32,000 nucleotides of DNA from Bellilinea caldifistulae (GTDB taxonomy: Bacteria; Chloroflexota; Anaerolineae; Anaerolineales; Anaerolineaceae): contig NZ_LGHJ01000029.1 of the NCBI RefSeq assembly GCF_001306055.1, positions 30,001 to 62,000 on the forward strand. Direction: 5' to 3'. The notes beneath the pieces were generated by a model. That model was given only the letters and a program-made list of their open reading frames with translations, was not told the origin of the DNA and did no database searches. Made by a program: the position numbers and the translations under genes. Of the stretch, positions 1 through 7,647 are shown piece by piece. Within the stretch, counting starts at the first letter, position 1. Each line of letters begins with the position of its first letter.

Positions 1-1
1 A

Positions 2-187
2 GCCCGAATGCTTTTCAACATTCCCTCAGGCTACACCCCTCGGCTAATGATCGCCGTAGGTTATGCTGGCGATTTGGAAGATTTGCCAGGTGAAGTACAG
101 GAAAAAGAACAAAGAGAACGAACCAGAAAACCGGTTTCCGAATTTGCCTTTCGAGGAAGTTGGCAGCAACCTCTGTTTGAGGATTAA
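2..187 (+). CDS. 3' end of a nitroreductase-fold protein (partial; start lies outside the window)
   Basis: Frame is open from the window edge to TAA 185-187. The translation ...RLMIAVGYAGDLEDLPGEVQEKEQRERTRKPVSEFAFRGSWQQPLFED resembles the usual C-terminal end of FMN nitroreductase-family proteins. A clean terminator follows. Confidence 0.5.
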   Translation, partial: ARMLFNIPSGYTPRLMIAVGYAGDLEDLPGEVQEKEQRERTRKPVSEFAFRGSWQQPLFED

Positions 188-210
188 TCTGAACGCTTTA
201 TCCATGTATA

Positions 211-242
211 ATAGCATCACAGGAATGTGATGCTATTTTTTT
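211..242 (+). terminator. Rho-independent terminator
   Basis: Perfect 10-bp stem ATAGCATCAC(211-220)/GTGATGCTAT(227-236) with a 6-nt loop, running into a T7 tract (236-242). Confidence 0.85.
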
Positions 243-273
243 ATCCTTCGGAAACCCCAGGAAAGGAATCATC

Positions 274-1119
274 ATGGTTACGATAGTTGCAGATACAACA
301 TCCAGCATTCCGGTTGATCAAGCCGATGCATTGGGGATACCCTATATACCCCAAATCATTGTCTTTGGTAATGAAACCTACCGCGATGACACCGAAATGG
401 ACAGCAAAACTTTTCTAAAAAGGCTGCGTGAGTCAACGACACTGCCAAAAACTGCTGCCCCGCCCCCAGCCCTATATCATCCCATCTATGAAAAATACAC
501 GCAGAACGGTAATACCATCATTGTGTTAACTCCCTCTGCTGATGTTTCTGGAACCTTCCGCAGTGCCGAAGTGGCTGCAGCAGATTTTCCCGGACGCGAT
601 ATTCGCATTGTGGATACACGCACAATTGGCTCCGGATTGGCCTCCATTGTGCTGGAAGCTCACCGCTGGGCAAAAGAGGGGTTAGACGCCGACACAATTA
701 TTGAGCGGGTCAAAGACATGAGCCGGAGGGAACGGGTTTATTTTGTGGTTGACACACTCGAATACCTTTATAAAGGCGGCCGTATTGGAGGGGCGAAAAT
801 GCTGGTTGGCAGTCTTTTGCAGGTCAAGCCCATTCTCCAATTCAAAGATGGCCGCACCGAACCTGTGGAAAGTCAACGCACGAAACGGCGCGCAATGGCC
901 CGTCTTAAAGAACTGGTTTATTCTGACTGTCCCCGCCATGACGGCGCCTTACTCACTATCATGCACGGGGATGCCGAGGAAGAAGCCCTGAACCTTGCGG
1001 AAGAATTTAAGAACCAACTAGGAATCTCTTCGGTTCGGATATATGACCTGCCGCCTGCAATTCTCGTCCATGCCGGTCCGGGTGTCATCGCAGTGAGCTA
1101 CTTTACAGAGGCAGGATAA
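274..1119 (+). CDS. DegV family fatty-acid-binding protein
   Basis: 281-aa ORF of typical DegV length and sequence (IVADTTSSIP..., TAAPPPALY, YFVVDTLEYLYKGGRIG, HAGPGVIAVSY). AGGAAAGGAA lies upstream of the ATG. Confidence 0.9.
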   Translation: MVTIVADTTSSIPVDQADALGIPYIPQIIVFGNETYRDDTEMDSKTFLKRLRESTTLPKTAAPPPALYHPIYEKYTQNGNTIIVLTPSADVSGTFRSAEVAAADFPGRDIRIVDTRTIGSGLASIVLEAHRWAKEGLDADTIIERVKDMSRRERVYFVVDTLEYLYKGGRIGGAKMLVGSLLQVKPILQFKDGRTEPVESQRTKRRAMARLKELVYSDCPRHDGALLTIMHGDAEEEALNLAEEFKNQLGISSVRIYDLPPAILVHAGPGVIAVSYFTEAG

Positions 1120-1129
1120 TCCGTCTCCT

Positions 1130-2299
1130 TCAGAAAGATTCCTCTAAAATCCGCAAAAGTTCTTCATCGGTCAACTCAATTGGGTTGGCTTTCATGCTGC
1201 TTGCTTTTCGGGCGGCTTCAATCACCTTAGAAAAATCTTTTTTCCGAATGCCATACGCTCGTAAGCGGGGGATTTTGAATTCCTCACATATATTTTCTAA
1301 CCACTCAACACCCTGCCAAATGCTTGCACCAGAATCTCCCACCAGCCAGCCAGCCAGTCTTTGATATCGTTCAAGGACCGGATGATTTGGGCTGCGCTGT
1401 TGCACAGCCAGAATATTAACCCGACTGACCACCGGCAGCAAACGCGCACAAATGGCTCCGTGGGGCGCTTCAAACATGCCGCCCAGTGGCGCGGCAAAAC
1501 CATGAACCGCTCCGAGCCCAGCGTTGGCCAAAGCTAAACCGCCCATCAAACTGCCAAAAGCCATCTCCTCCCGTGCCCAAAGGGTATTCCCCTCGTGGTA
1601 TGCCGTGCGCAATGAATGGGCAATTTTTCGGATGCCGCCCTCACAAAATAAATCGGTAAAAACATTTGCCCGGTTTGAAACATACGGTTCAATCACCTGA
1701 GTCAGGGCATCCATGCCAGTACTGGCAGTCACAATAGGGGGGAGATCCAGTGTCAGGGACGGATCAATTAAAGCCACAGCGGGGAGCATTTTGGGGCTGC
1801 GTAAACTGACCTTGACTTTATGCTCCGGCAATGAAATGACCGCATTTCGGGTTACTTCACTGCCGGTACCCGCCGTTGTCGGAACAGCAATCACCGGCAA
1901 GGGATGTACTGGCAAAGGTTTCCCCTTGCCGACAACTTCGAGATACTCTAAGGGATCACCCGGATTAACCGCAAGAGCAGCCACCGCCTTGGCACAATCC
2001 ATCACACTGCCTCCACCGGTGGCAATGACTACCTCAGGTTGATCCGCTTTGACCTGCTCAACCAGTTCAAGAATCTGACCAAGTTTTGGCTCACCTTGTA
2101 CAACGGCCATCCGGAAAGAAATCCCGGCAGTGATTAAAGATTGTTCCAAAGTTTGGTGATAGGAACGGGGATTGATAGAAATCCACAAAGCCCGATGCCC
2201 ATATTCCGCCGCCAGCGAGCCAAGACGATCCGCCAAACCGCTTCCAAACAAAATCCGCTGGGCGGTTTGAAAATCAAAAGCAAATGATTCACTTACCAC
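1130..2299 (-). CDS. Iron-containing (group III) alcohol dehydrogenase
   Basis: 389 aa with GGGSVMDCAKAVA, PTTAGTGSEVT, STGMDALTQ and the His-rich metal site GAVHGF...APHG. GTG start 2299 overlaps the upstream ABM stop by 7 nt, and GGAGGG lies just upstream. Confidence 0.9.
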   Translation of the reverse strand: MVSESFAFDFQTAQRILFGSGLADRLGSLAAEYGHRALWISINPRSYHQTLEQSLITAGISFRMAVVQGEPKLGQILELVEQVKADQPEVVIATGGGSVMDCAKAVAALAVNPGDPLEYLEVVGKGKPLPVHPLPVIAVPTTAGTGSEVTRNAVISLPEHKVKVSLRSPKMLPAVALIDPSLTLDLPPIVTASTGMDALTQVIEPYVSNRANVFTDLFCEGGIRKIAHSLRTAYHEGNTLWAREEMAFGSLMGGLALANAGLGAVHGFAAPLGGMFEAPHGAICARLLPVVSRVNILAVQQRSPNHPVLERYQRLAGWLVGDSGASIWQGVEWLENICEEFKIPRLRAYGIRKKDFSKVIEAARKASSMKANPIELTDEELLRILEESF

Positions 2300-2598
2300 G
2301 CTCCCTCCTCAGGAAAGATGTTGGAGTATCGCACTCCCTGGCGTGGTTCTGCCATCATGTCCGCTACAACTTCTCGCCATTTTTGATAGTGAGCTGTCTG
2401 ACGGTGCTTTTCTTGATCGGATTCTGCGTAATAAACCTCAACCAACGTGAATCGGTTTGGGTCCTCCTTTTGTTGTAAAAAATCAAAGCGGGCAATGCCT
2501 TCTTCTTGAAGGCTGTTACGCGCGTTTTCTAAAGTTTCCCGGATAAATGCCTCTCGAAATTCTGGCTTTACATGAATATGAACCAGCACAATGTGCAT
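2293..2598 (-). CDS. ABM-domain (antibiotic biosynthesis monooxygenase-like) small protein
   Basis: About 100 aa, consistent with a ferredoxin-like ABM fold (HIVLVHIHVKPE...F...NA..S..E.G...F). Start moved to ATG 2598, which sits 6 nt after GGAGG; the ORF-track start 2604 is a TTG. Confidence 0.7.
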   Translation of the reverse strand: MHIVLVHIHVKPEFREAFIRETLENARNSLQEEGIARFDFLQQKEDPNRFTLVEVYYAESDQEKHRQTAHYQKWREVVADMMAEPRQGVRYSNIFPEEGAW

Positions 2599-2695
2599 CT
2601 TCAACCTCCGGTAGATGGTATGATTGGGTTAAACAAATTATACCCACCTCGATAATGTTTCTCATCTCTTTTTGTTTCCAATTCCAACCGATTAG

Positions 2696-3439
2696 ATGTT
2701 ACCGAAAAACGAAATCATCCTCCTTTATGCAGACGAATACCTGCTAGTTGTAAACAAACCCGCTGGCTTGCGAGTCATCCCCGATGGGTATCACCGAGAT
2801 TTGCCCAATCTGTACCATCTTCTCATGGATAAATTTGGAAAATTGTGGGTTGTTCACCGTTTGGATCGCGAAACCAGCGGGGCGATCCTTATTGCCCGTA
2901 ATGCAGATACTCATCGGCATCTCAATCAACAATTCCAAAATCGCCTGATTAAGAAAACATATCATTTACTGGCAATGGGCCATCAAATTACCGAACCATT
3001 GAAAATAACCTACCCTTTACGGGTCAACGGAGACCGCGCTCATCGAACGGTGATAGACTTTCAAAAAGGAAAACCCGCAAGTACATTTGTCAATCAGGTT
3101 GAATCATTGCAAAAGGATATTTTACTCCTGGAAGCAGAACCTAAAACCGGCTATACGCATCAAATTCGCGCTCACCTGGCCGCCGCCGGTTACTGGCTGT
3201 TGAATGATCCGCTTTACTTCCCATACAATCATCCCCCTGGTCATGCCGATTCGCACCCCCATTTACCGCCGAATTATCGGCATATTGGACAATCTCTGCC
3301 GATTCGGAGAATCGCCCTGCACAGCTGGAAAATTGAGTTTTTTCATTCAGTACTGCAGCGCACTCTTCAAATCATCGCCCCCTATCCCGACGATTTTGAA
3401 TGCACCATCACCCAATTACAAAACGAGGGCGGAAGTTAA
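2696..3439 (+). CDS. RluA-family pseudouridine synthase
   Basis: ILLYADEYLLVVNKPAGL, catalytic-Asp motif HRLDRETSGAILIARN, and GYTHQIRAHLA. Confidence 0.9.
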   Translation: MLPKNEIILLYADEYLLVVNKPAGLRVIPDGYHRDLPNLYHLLMDKFGKLWVVHRLDRETSGAILIARNADTHRHLNQQFQNRLIKKTYHLLAMGHQITEPLKITYPLRVNGDRAHRTVIDFQKGKPASTFVNQVESLQKDILLLEAEPKTGYTHQIRAHLAAAGYWLLNDPLYFPYNHPPGHADSHPHLPPNYRHIGQSLPIRRIALHSWKIEFFHSVLQRTLQIIAPYPDDFECTITQLQNEGGS

Positions 3440-3461
3440 CACCGCCCTCGTTTTGATTTTT
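3424..3461. terminator. Bidirectional intrinsic terminator between the convergent rluA-like and hppA genes
   Basis: 9-bp GC-rich stem CGAGGGCGG(3424-3432)/CCGCCCTCG(3442-3450), followed by TTTTGATTTTT on the + strand and TTTTGT on the - strand. It overlaps the RluA stop codon. Confidence 0.8.
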
Positions 3462-3471
3462 ATCATTGTGC

Positions 3472-5775
3472 TTAGATCGGTTTATCCACATCCGGTACTG
3501 GTCGCTTACTCTGCCAGATAGCCCAGATAAATCCAGCGAACAGGATTAACACAACCACAATCCCCACAAAGGAATTCAATTGGAAATTAACAATGATTGG
3601 TGCGGCTAGCAACGACACCAGATTGACCACTTTAATCATCGGGTTCAATGCCGGGCCAGCCGTATCTTTCAACGGGTCACCAACCGTATCCCCGACCACA
3701 CCGGCCTTATGACGTTCGGAACCCTTACCGGTGTTCTGCTCTAAACTACGCGGCTCATCTTCAATTGCTTTTTTAGCATTGTCCCAGGCACCGCCCGCGT
3801 TTGCCATAAACACAGCCAGCAGTTGGCCGCTCAAAATAACGCCGGCCAGATAACCACCCAATGCTTCCACTTGCAGAACCAGCCCAACCAGTAAAGGCAT
3901 GGTGATCGAAATCACAGCCAGCGGTATCAGCTCCTTTTGAGCGGAACGGGTAGAAATGGAAACAACCCGGGCGTAATCCGGCTTAACCGTCCCTTCCATG
4001 ATACCCGGCACACGGAACTGTTTTCGCACCTCTTCCACAATCTCACTGGCAGCCCGCGACACTGCCCGAATCGAAAGCGAGCTGAACAACCATGGCAACG
4101 CACCGCCCAGCAAAAAGCCGATGAAAACAGTCGTATCCGAAATGCGAATGGCTTCCATAACGCCGCTTTTGGCGCGGTTGACATCTGTTATGTAAGATGC
4201 GAACAAACTGACTGCCGCGATTACGGCTGACGCAATGGCAATCCCCTTCGTAATCGCTTTGGTTGTATTGCCAACTGCATCCAGATCGGCCATAATCTGC
4301 CGTGCTTTCAGAGTCTCGGGGTCATCCATATCATGCCAGGCCATCTCAGCAATACCATTCGCATTGTCAGAAATCGGCCCATAGGAGTCCATTGCCACGT
4401 TGTTTCCCGTGTGGCTAAGCATTCCAATGCCAATCATGGCGACGGCATACAAAACGAAGTTCGCTCCATCCGCCTGATAAATCAATTTAGCCAATGTAAA
4501 GGAAATTGCAATCACCACCAGTGCCCACACACTCGATTCCATTCCAACCGAAAGTCCAGAAAGAATGGTAGTCGCCGGACCAGTGCGGGTGGATTTAACG
4601 ATCTCCTGCACAGGCGCTTTGCGGGTTGCGGTAAAGTATGAGGTCAGTGGATTGAAAGCAACAGCCAGCCCCACACCAATGGTCGTCAGTAATCCCAAGC
4701 GCCAATCACCGGCGTATAAAATTGCCAACAGGAAGGAGAAGATCACGGTGTTAACACTGGAGACCTCATAAGAGCGGAACATGGCCTCCTCGGCATCATG
4801 CGCTCGTAAAAACTTGATCGGAAAACGTTCCCAAATTGGAACCGTGAATGTCCCGATAATCGAGCTGATTACCCCAATCGCACGAATGACCAGTGGATAA
4901 ACGATGTAGTGAATCTGTCCAGTAGCCTGATACAGTACCAACCCCAGAATCAGGGCTGAAACAATGGTGACCTCATAGCTTTCAAAAATATCCGCAGCCA
5001 TGCCGGCGCAGTCACCGACATTATCGCCCACCAGATCCGCGACAACAGCGGCATTTCGGGGATCATCCTCGGGGATGTCTTTTTCAACTTTACCGACCAG
5101 GTCTGCTCCAACATCCGCAGCTTTGGTGTAAATTCCGCCGCCAACTCGCATGAACAGAGCCAGCAAGGTACCTCCAAAACCAAACCCCAGCAGAGCATCG
5201 GGTGCTGCCCGGCCAAAAACAATAAAGATCAAGGTCCCCCCCATCAGTCCCAAACCATCGGTAAGCATGCCGGTGATTGTGCCGGCATAATATGCAATTG
5301 AAAGCGACTCATTGAAAGATCTTCGCGCAGCGGAAGCCGCCCGTACACTGGCTTGAATGGCCATGCGCATCCCCAATTGACCGACAATCAAAGAGAAGGA
5401 GGCCCCCATAATAAACGCAATAGTTCTTCCAAATGCCACAATTAATGTGACATTTGTCGCTCCAAGATGACCGAACTCCTCTTGCGCCTCAAGACTCGGT
5501 TCCACCACCGCAACACTCAGGAACAACGCAATGGTGAGGAGCGCAATCGCTGGCAAAATGGTTTTTAATTGCCGCTGAAGGTAGCCATCCGCTCCTTGAC
5601 GAATGGCTTCCCAAACTTCCTGCATTTTTTCGGTGCCTTTGTCCTTGGTTAAAACATTGTTGCGCAGAAGCCAGGCATACAAAAGGCTGAGCAGCGCAAC
5701 CACAAGCACACTGAGCACGGCTATCTGCTCGAACGGCGTTTGCAGACCGTGCCTGGAAAGACCGAGAATATCCAT
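3472..5775 (-). CDS. hppA: Membrane-bound proton-translocating pyrophosphatase, K+-independent type by motif
   Basis: Multi-TM protein with GGIYTKAADVGADLVGK, DNVGDCAGMAADIFESY, GNTTKAITKG (Lys at the Ala/Lys position that distinguishes the K+-independent class) and GDTVGDPLKDTAGPALN. Start set to ATG 5775, 4 nt after GGAGG (5780-5784), not the track's TTG at 5841. Confidence 0.95.
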   Translation of the reverse strand: MDILGLSRHGLQTPFEQIAVLSVLVVALLSLLYAWLLRNNVLTKDKGTEKMQEVWEAIRQGADGYLQRQLKTILPAIALLTIALFLSVAVVEPSLEAQEEFGHLGATNVTLIVAFGRTIAFIMGASFSLIVGQLGMRMAIQASVRAASAARRSFNESLSIAYYAGTITGMLTDGLGLMGGTLIFIVFGRAAPDALLGFGFGGTLLALFMRVGGGIYTKAADVGADLVGKVEKDIPEDDPRNAAVVADLVGDNVGDCAGMAADIFESYEVTIVSALILGLVLYQATGQIHYIVYPLVIRAIGVISSIIGTFTVPIWERFPIKFLRAHDAEEAMFRSYEVSSVNTVIFSFLLAILYAGDWRLGLLTTIGVGLAVAFNPLTSYFTATRKAPVQEIVKSTRTGPATTILSGLSVGMESSVWALVVIAISFTLAKLIYQADGANFVLYAVAMIGIGMLSHTGNNVAMDSYGPISDNANGIAEMAWHDMDDPETLKARQIMADLDAVGNTTKAITKGIAIASAVIAAVSLFASYITDVNRAKSGVMEAIRISDTTVFIGFLLGGALPWLFSSLSIRAVSRAASEIVEEVRKQFRVPGIMEGTVKPDYARVVSISTRSAQKELIPLAVISITMPLLVGLVLQVEALGGYLAGVILSGQLLAVFMANAGGAWDNAKKAIEDEPRSLEQNTGKGSERHKAGVVGDTVGDPLKDTAGPALNPMIKVVNLVSLLAAPIIVNFQLNSFVGIVVVLILFAGFIWAIWQSKRPVPDVDKPI

Positions 5776-5854
5776 ATTGCCTCCAGGTTGGTAAAGGGAT
5801 TTTGGGGAGATTAACCCATGAATGCGTCTGAATTCCATCAAGACGCACTAAATC

Positions 5855-5882
5855 ATTGTATAACAACCAAACCAAATGTCAA
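5855..5882 (-). promoter_or_regulatory. Sigma-70-type promoter for hppA
   Basis: On the minus strand: TTGACA (5882-5877), 16-nt spacer, TACAAT (5860-5855). Predicted leader is about 70 nt to ATG 5775. Confidence 0.6.
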
Positions 5883-5972
5883 TCAAAATTTATCACCCAT
5901 TTTCAGGACAAATATTAGGTTTATGGGAATTGGGGATGCCTTTTTTCCTCAAATTTGGATTAAAGTTTGATT

Positions 5973-5999
5973 AGAATTTCAAAAACCTATTGAAATTCT
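5973..5999. promoter_or_regulatory. Perfect 10-bp palindrome (candidate operator)
   Basis: AGAATTTCAA(5973-5982)-N7-TTGAAATTCT(5990-5999). The right arm contains the -35 hexamer of candidate rpoD promoter P1. Confidence 0.35.
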
Positions 6000-6018
6000 T
6001 ATCGGTTTGTTATATAGT
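5990..6018 (+). promoter_or_regulatory. Candidate distal rpoD promoter P1
   Basis: TTGAAA(5990-5995), 17-nt spacer, TATAGT(6013-6018). It would give a leader of about 200 nt. Confidence 0.45.
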
Positions 6019-6166
6019 GTTATGCGGCTATTTATTGGCCCAATTGCTGAAACCACCAACTGCGGCGGGCGGGATAGGTTATCCGCTCGTTTATTTGTCA
6101 GGGTGATAGATGGGAATGGATCCAGCAAGGTGATCTGCACCGGAAATCACCGCCTCGTACAAGGTA

Positions 6167-6195
6167 TTGATTTTCCTTAAAAAAAAGTGTATTCT
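6167..6195 (+). promoter_or_regulatory. Candidate proximal rpoD promoter P2
   Basis: TTGATT(6167-6172), 17-nt spacer, TATTCT(6190-6195). The -10 hexamer lies inside the 6187-6212 palindrome. Confidence 0.3.
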
Positions 6196-6212
6196 GAATA
6201 AATAGAATACAC
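6187..6212. promoter_or_regulatory. Perfect 9-bp palindrome (candidate operator or 5'-UTR hairpin) 15 nt upstream of the rpoD ATG
   Basis: GTGTATTCT(6187-6195)-N8-AGAATACAC(6204-6212). Confidence 0.35.
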
Positions 6213-6226
6213 GAGCAGATAAAACC

Positions 6227-7519
6227 ATGCTGGATAAACAGAAAAAATTAGAAAGAATACTGAGATACTTTTCTCAAAAAAGGAAGTTTGTGAAACGTAT
6301 GGACAACCCACTGATTAATGTTATCGACGAGGAAGAAGACGAATATCCAGCCATTGCTCGTTTGATTGAGCTGGGCCGGCAAAAGTCCTACGTCACAATT
6401 GATGACATTCTTCACTTCTTCCCGGAAGCCGAGCAGGATGTCGAGCAGTTAGAAGAGGCTTTTGCAGCCCTGATGAGTGCTGGCATCCCTTATGTTGAGG
6501 ATGAATCCCTCATCCCTGAACCAGCTGAGGATGAACTGGCACTGGACGAGGAGATCGAAGAAACGGAAGAAACCACCAGCGAAATCGTCTTTGATGATCT
6601 TCAAAACATTGATACCGATGATACCATCGGGTTATACCTCAAAGAGGTCAGTCGCGTTCCTCTTCTAACTGCGGAAGAAGAAGTCGAACTGGCTCAGCGC
6701 ATCGAGCGCGGCCGATTGGCACGCGAGGAACTGGCGCGTGGTAATGTTGGCAGCCGGCGCCGTCACGAGTTACGCAAGCTAATTGAAGACGGCTGGGCGG
6801 CTCGCGAGCACTTAATAACCGCAAATTCCCGTCTGGTCATCAGCGTCGCCAAGAAATACATGGGGCGGGGTGTTCCATTCCTGGATTTAATTCAGGAAGG
6901 CAACATCGGTTTGATTCGCGCAACCAAAAAATTTGACTACCGCCGCGGCCACAAATTCAGTACCTATGCCACGTGGTGGATTCGTCAGGCAGTTACTCGC
7001 GCCATTGCCGATCAGGGACGAACCATTCGGGTACCCGTCCACATGGGCGATCAAATCAACAAATTGCTGCGAATTCAACACCAGTTGACCCAGCGGCTTG
7101 GCAGAGAACCTTCGGTGGATGAATTGGCTATTGCCCTTGACGTTCCACCCAAAAAAGTGGAAAACATGATTCAGGTGGCTCGCCGGCCGCTTTCACTGGA
7201 AACACCTACCGACGACGAGGAGGACTCCGTTCTGGGCGATTTCATCGAAGATGACGAAGCACCACCACCGGATGATACAGCCACTTACAATTTACTCCGC
7301 GAGCATCTGGAAGAGGTGTTGAACACCCTGCCGCCGCGTGAAGTCCGCATCCTCCAGCTGCGCTATGGCTTGCTGGATGGGCAGGCCTATACACTTGAAG
7401 AAGTCGGCAGAAAAATGGGTGTCACCCGTGAGCGGGTCAGACAAATCGAAGCTCAAGCACTCAGCCGATTGCGCCACCCAACTATTCGGCGTAAATTACG
7501 CGATTATCTGGGTGAGTGA
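6227..7519 (+). CDS. rpoD: Primary RNA polymerase sigma factor (sigma-70 / RpoD-SigA)
   Basis: Acidic N-terminal region, then [44 protein letters not shown] (region 2) and [30 protein letters not shown] (region 4.2). The exact start is uncertain: ATG 6227 has no SD, and ATG 6299 is an alternative. Confidence 0.93.
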   Translation: MLDKQKKLERILRYFSQKRKFVKRMDNPLINVIDEEEDEYPAIARLIELGRQKSYVTIDDILHFFPEAEQDVEQLEEAFAALMSAGIPYVEDESLIPEPAEDELALDEEIEETEETTSEIVFDDLQNIDTDDTIGLYLKEVSRVPLLTAEEEVELAQRIERGRLAREELARGNVGSRRRHELRKLIEDGWAAREHLITANSRLVISVAKKYMGRGVPFLDLIQEGNIGLIRATKKFDYRRGHKFSTYATWWIRQAVTRAIADQGRTIRVPVHMGDQINKLLRIQHQLTQRLGREPSVDELAIALDVPPKKVENMIQVARRPLSLETPTDDEEDSVLGDFIEDDEAPPPDDTATYNLLREHLEEVLNTLPPREVRILQLRYGLLDGQAYTLEEVGRKMGVTRERVRQIEAQALSRLRHPTIRRKLRDYLGE

Positions 7520-7542
7520 AAAATTACCATCAACTAGCTTGA

Positions 7543-7579
7543 GAAACCGCAGCGGAGAGACCGCGCGGTTTCTTTTTTT
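7543..7579 (+). terminator. Rho-independent terminator after rpoD
   Basis: 12-bp stem with one bulge, GAAACCGC-a-GCGG / CCGCGCGGTTTC, 5-nt loop, followed by T7 (7573-7579). Confidence 0.85.
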
Positions 7580-7599
7580 CACCTCGTCTTTCAAATGAC

Positions 7600-7628
7600 T
7601 TGCATAATCCTCAAACTTGGGGCATACT
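7600..7628 (+). promoter_or_regulatory. Possible promoter of the TPR-ndk unit
   Basis: TTGCAT(7600-7605), 17-nt spacer, CATACT(7623-7628). The -10 match is moderate (4/6). Confidence 0.3.
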
Positions 7629-7647
7629 AACCATTGGGAGGTGGCTT

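Noticed and set aside
3482-3490. Consensus DnaA box TTATCCACA.
   Set aside because: It is a single box inside the hppA coding end, with no cluster, no AT-rich unwinding element and no dnaA/dnaN nearby. A chance occurrence is plausible.
5776-5841. 22-codon N-terminal extension of hppA (track start is a TTG).
   Set aside because: GGAGG sits 4 nt before ATG 5775. The extension would begin only a few nt from the predicted transcription start, and its sequence is not like a PPase N-terminus.
6022-6180. 52-codon ORF (MRLFIGPIAETTNCGG...) in the rpoD upstream region.
   Set aside because: Its ATG lies only 4 nt after the candidate -10 hexamer, so it would be upstream of or at the transcription start. 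It has no SD and no recognisable protein features.
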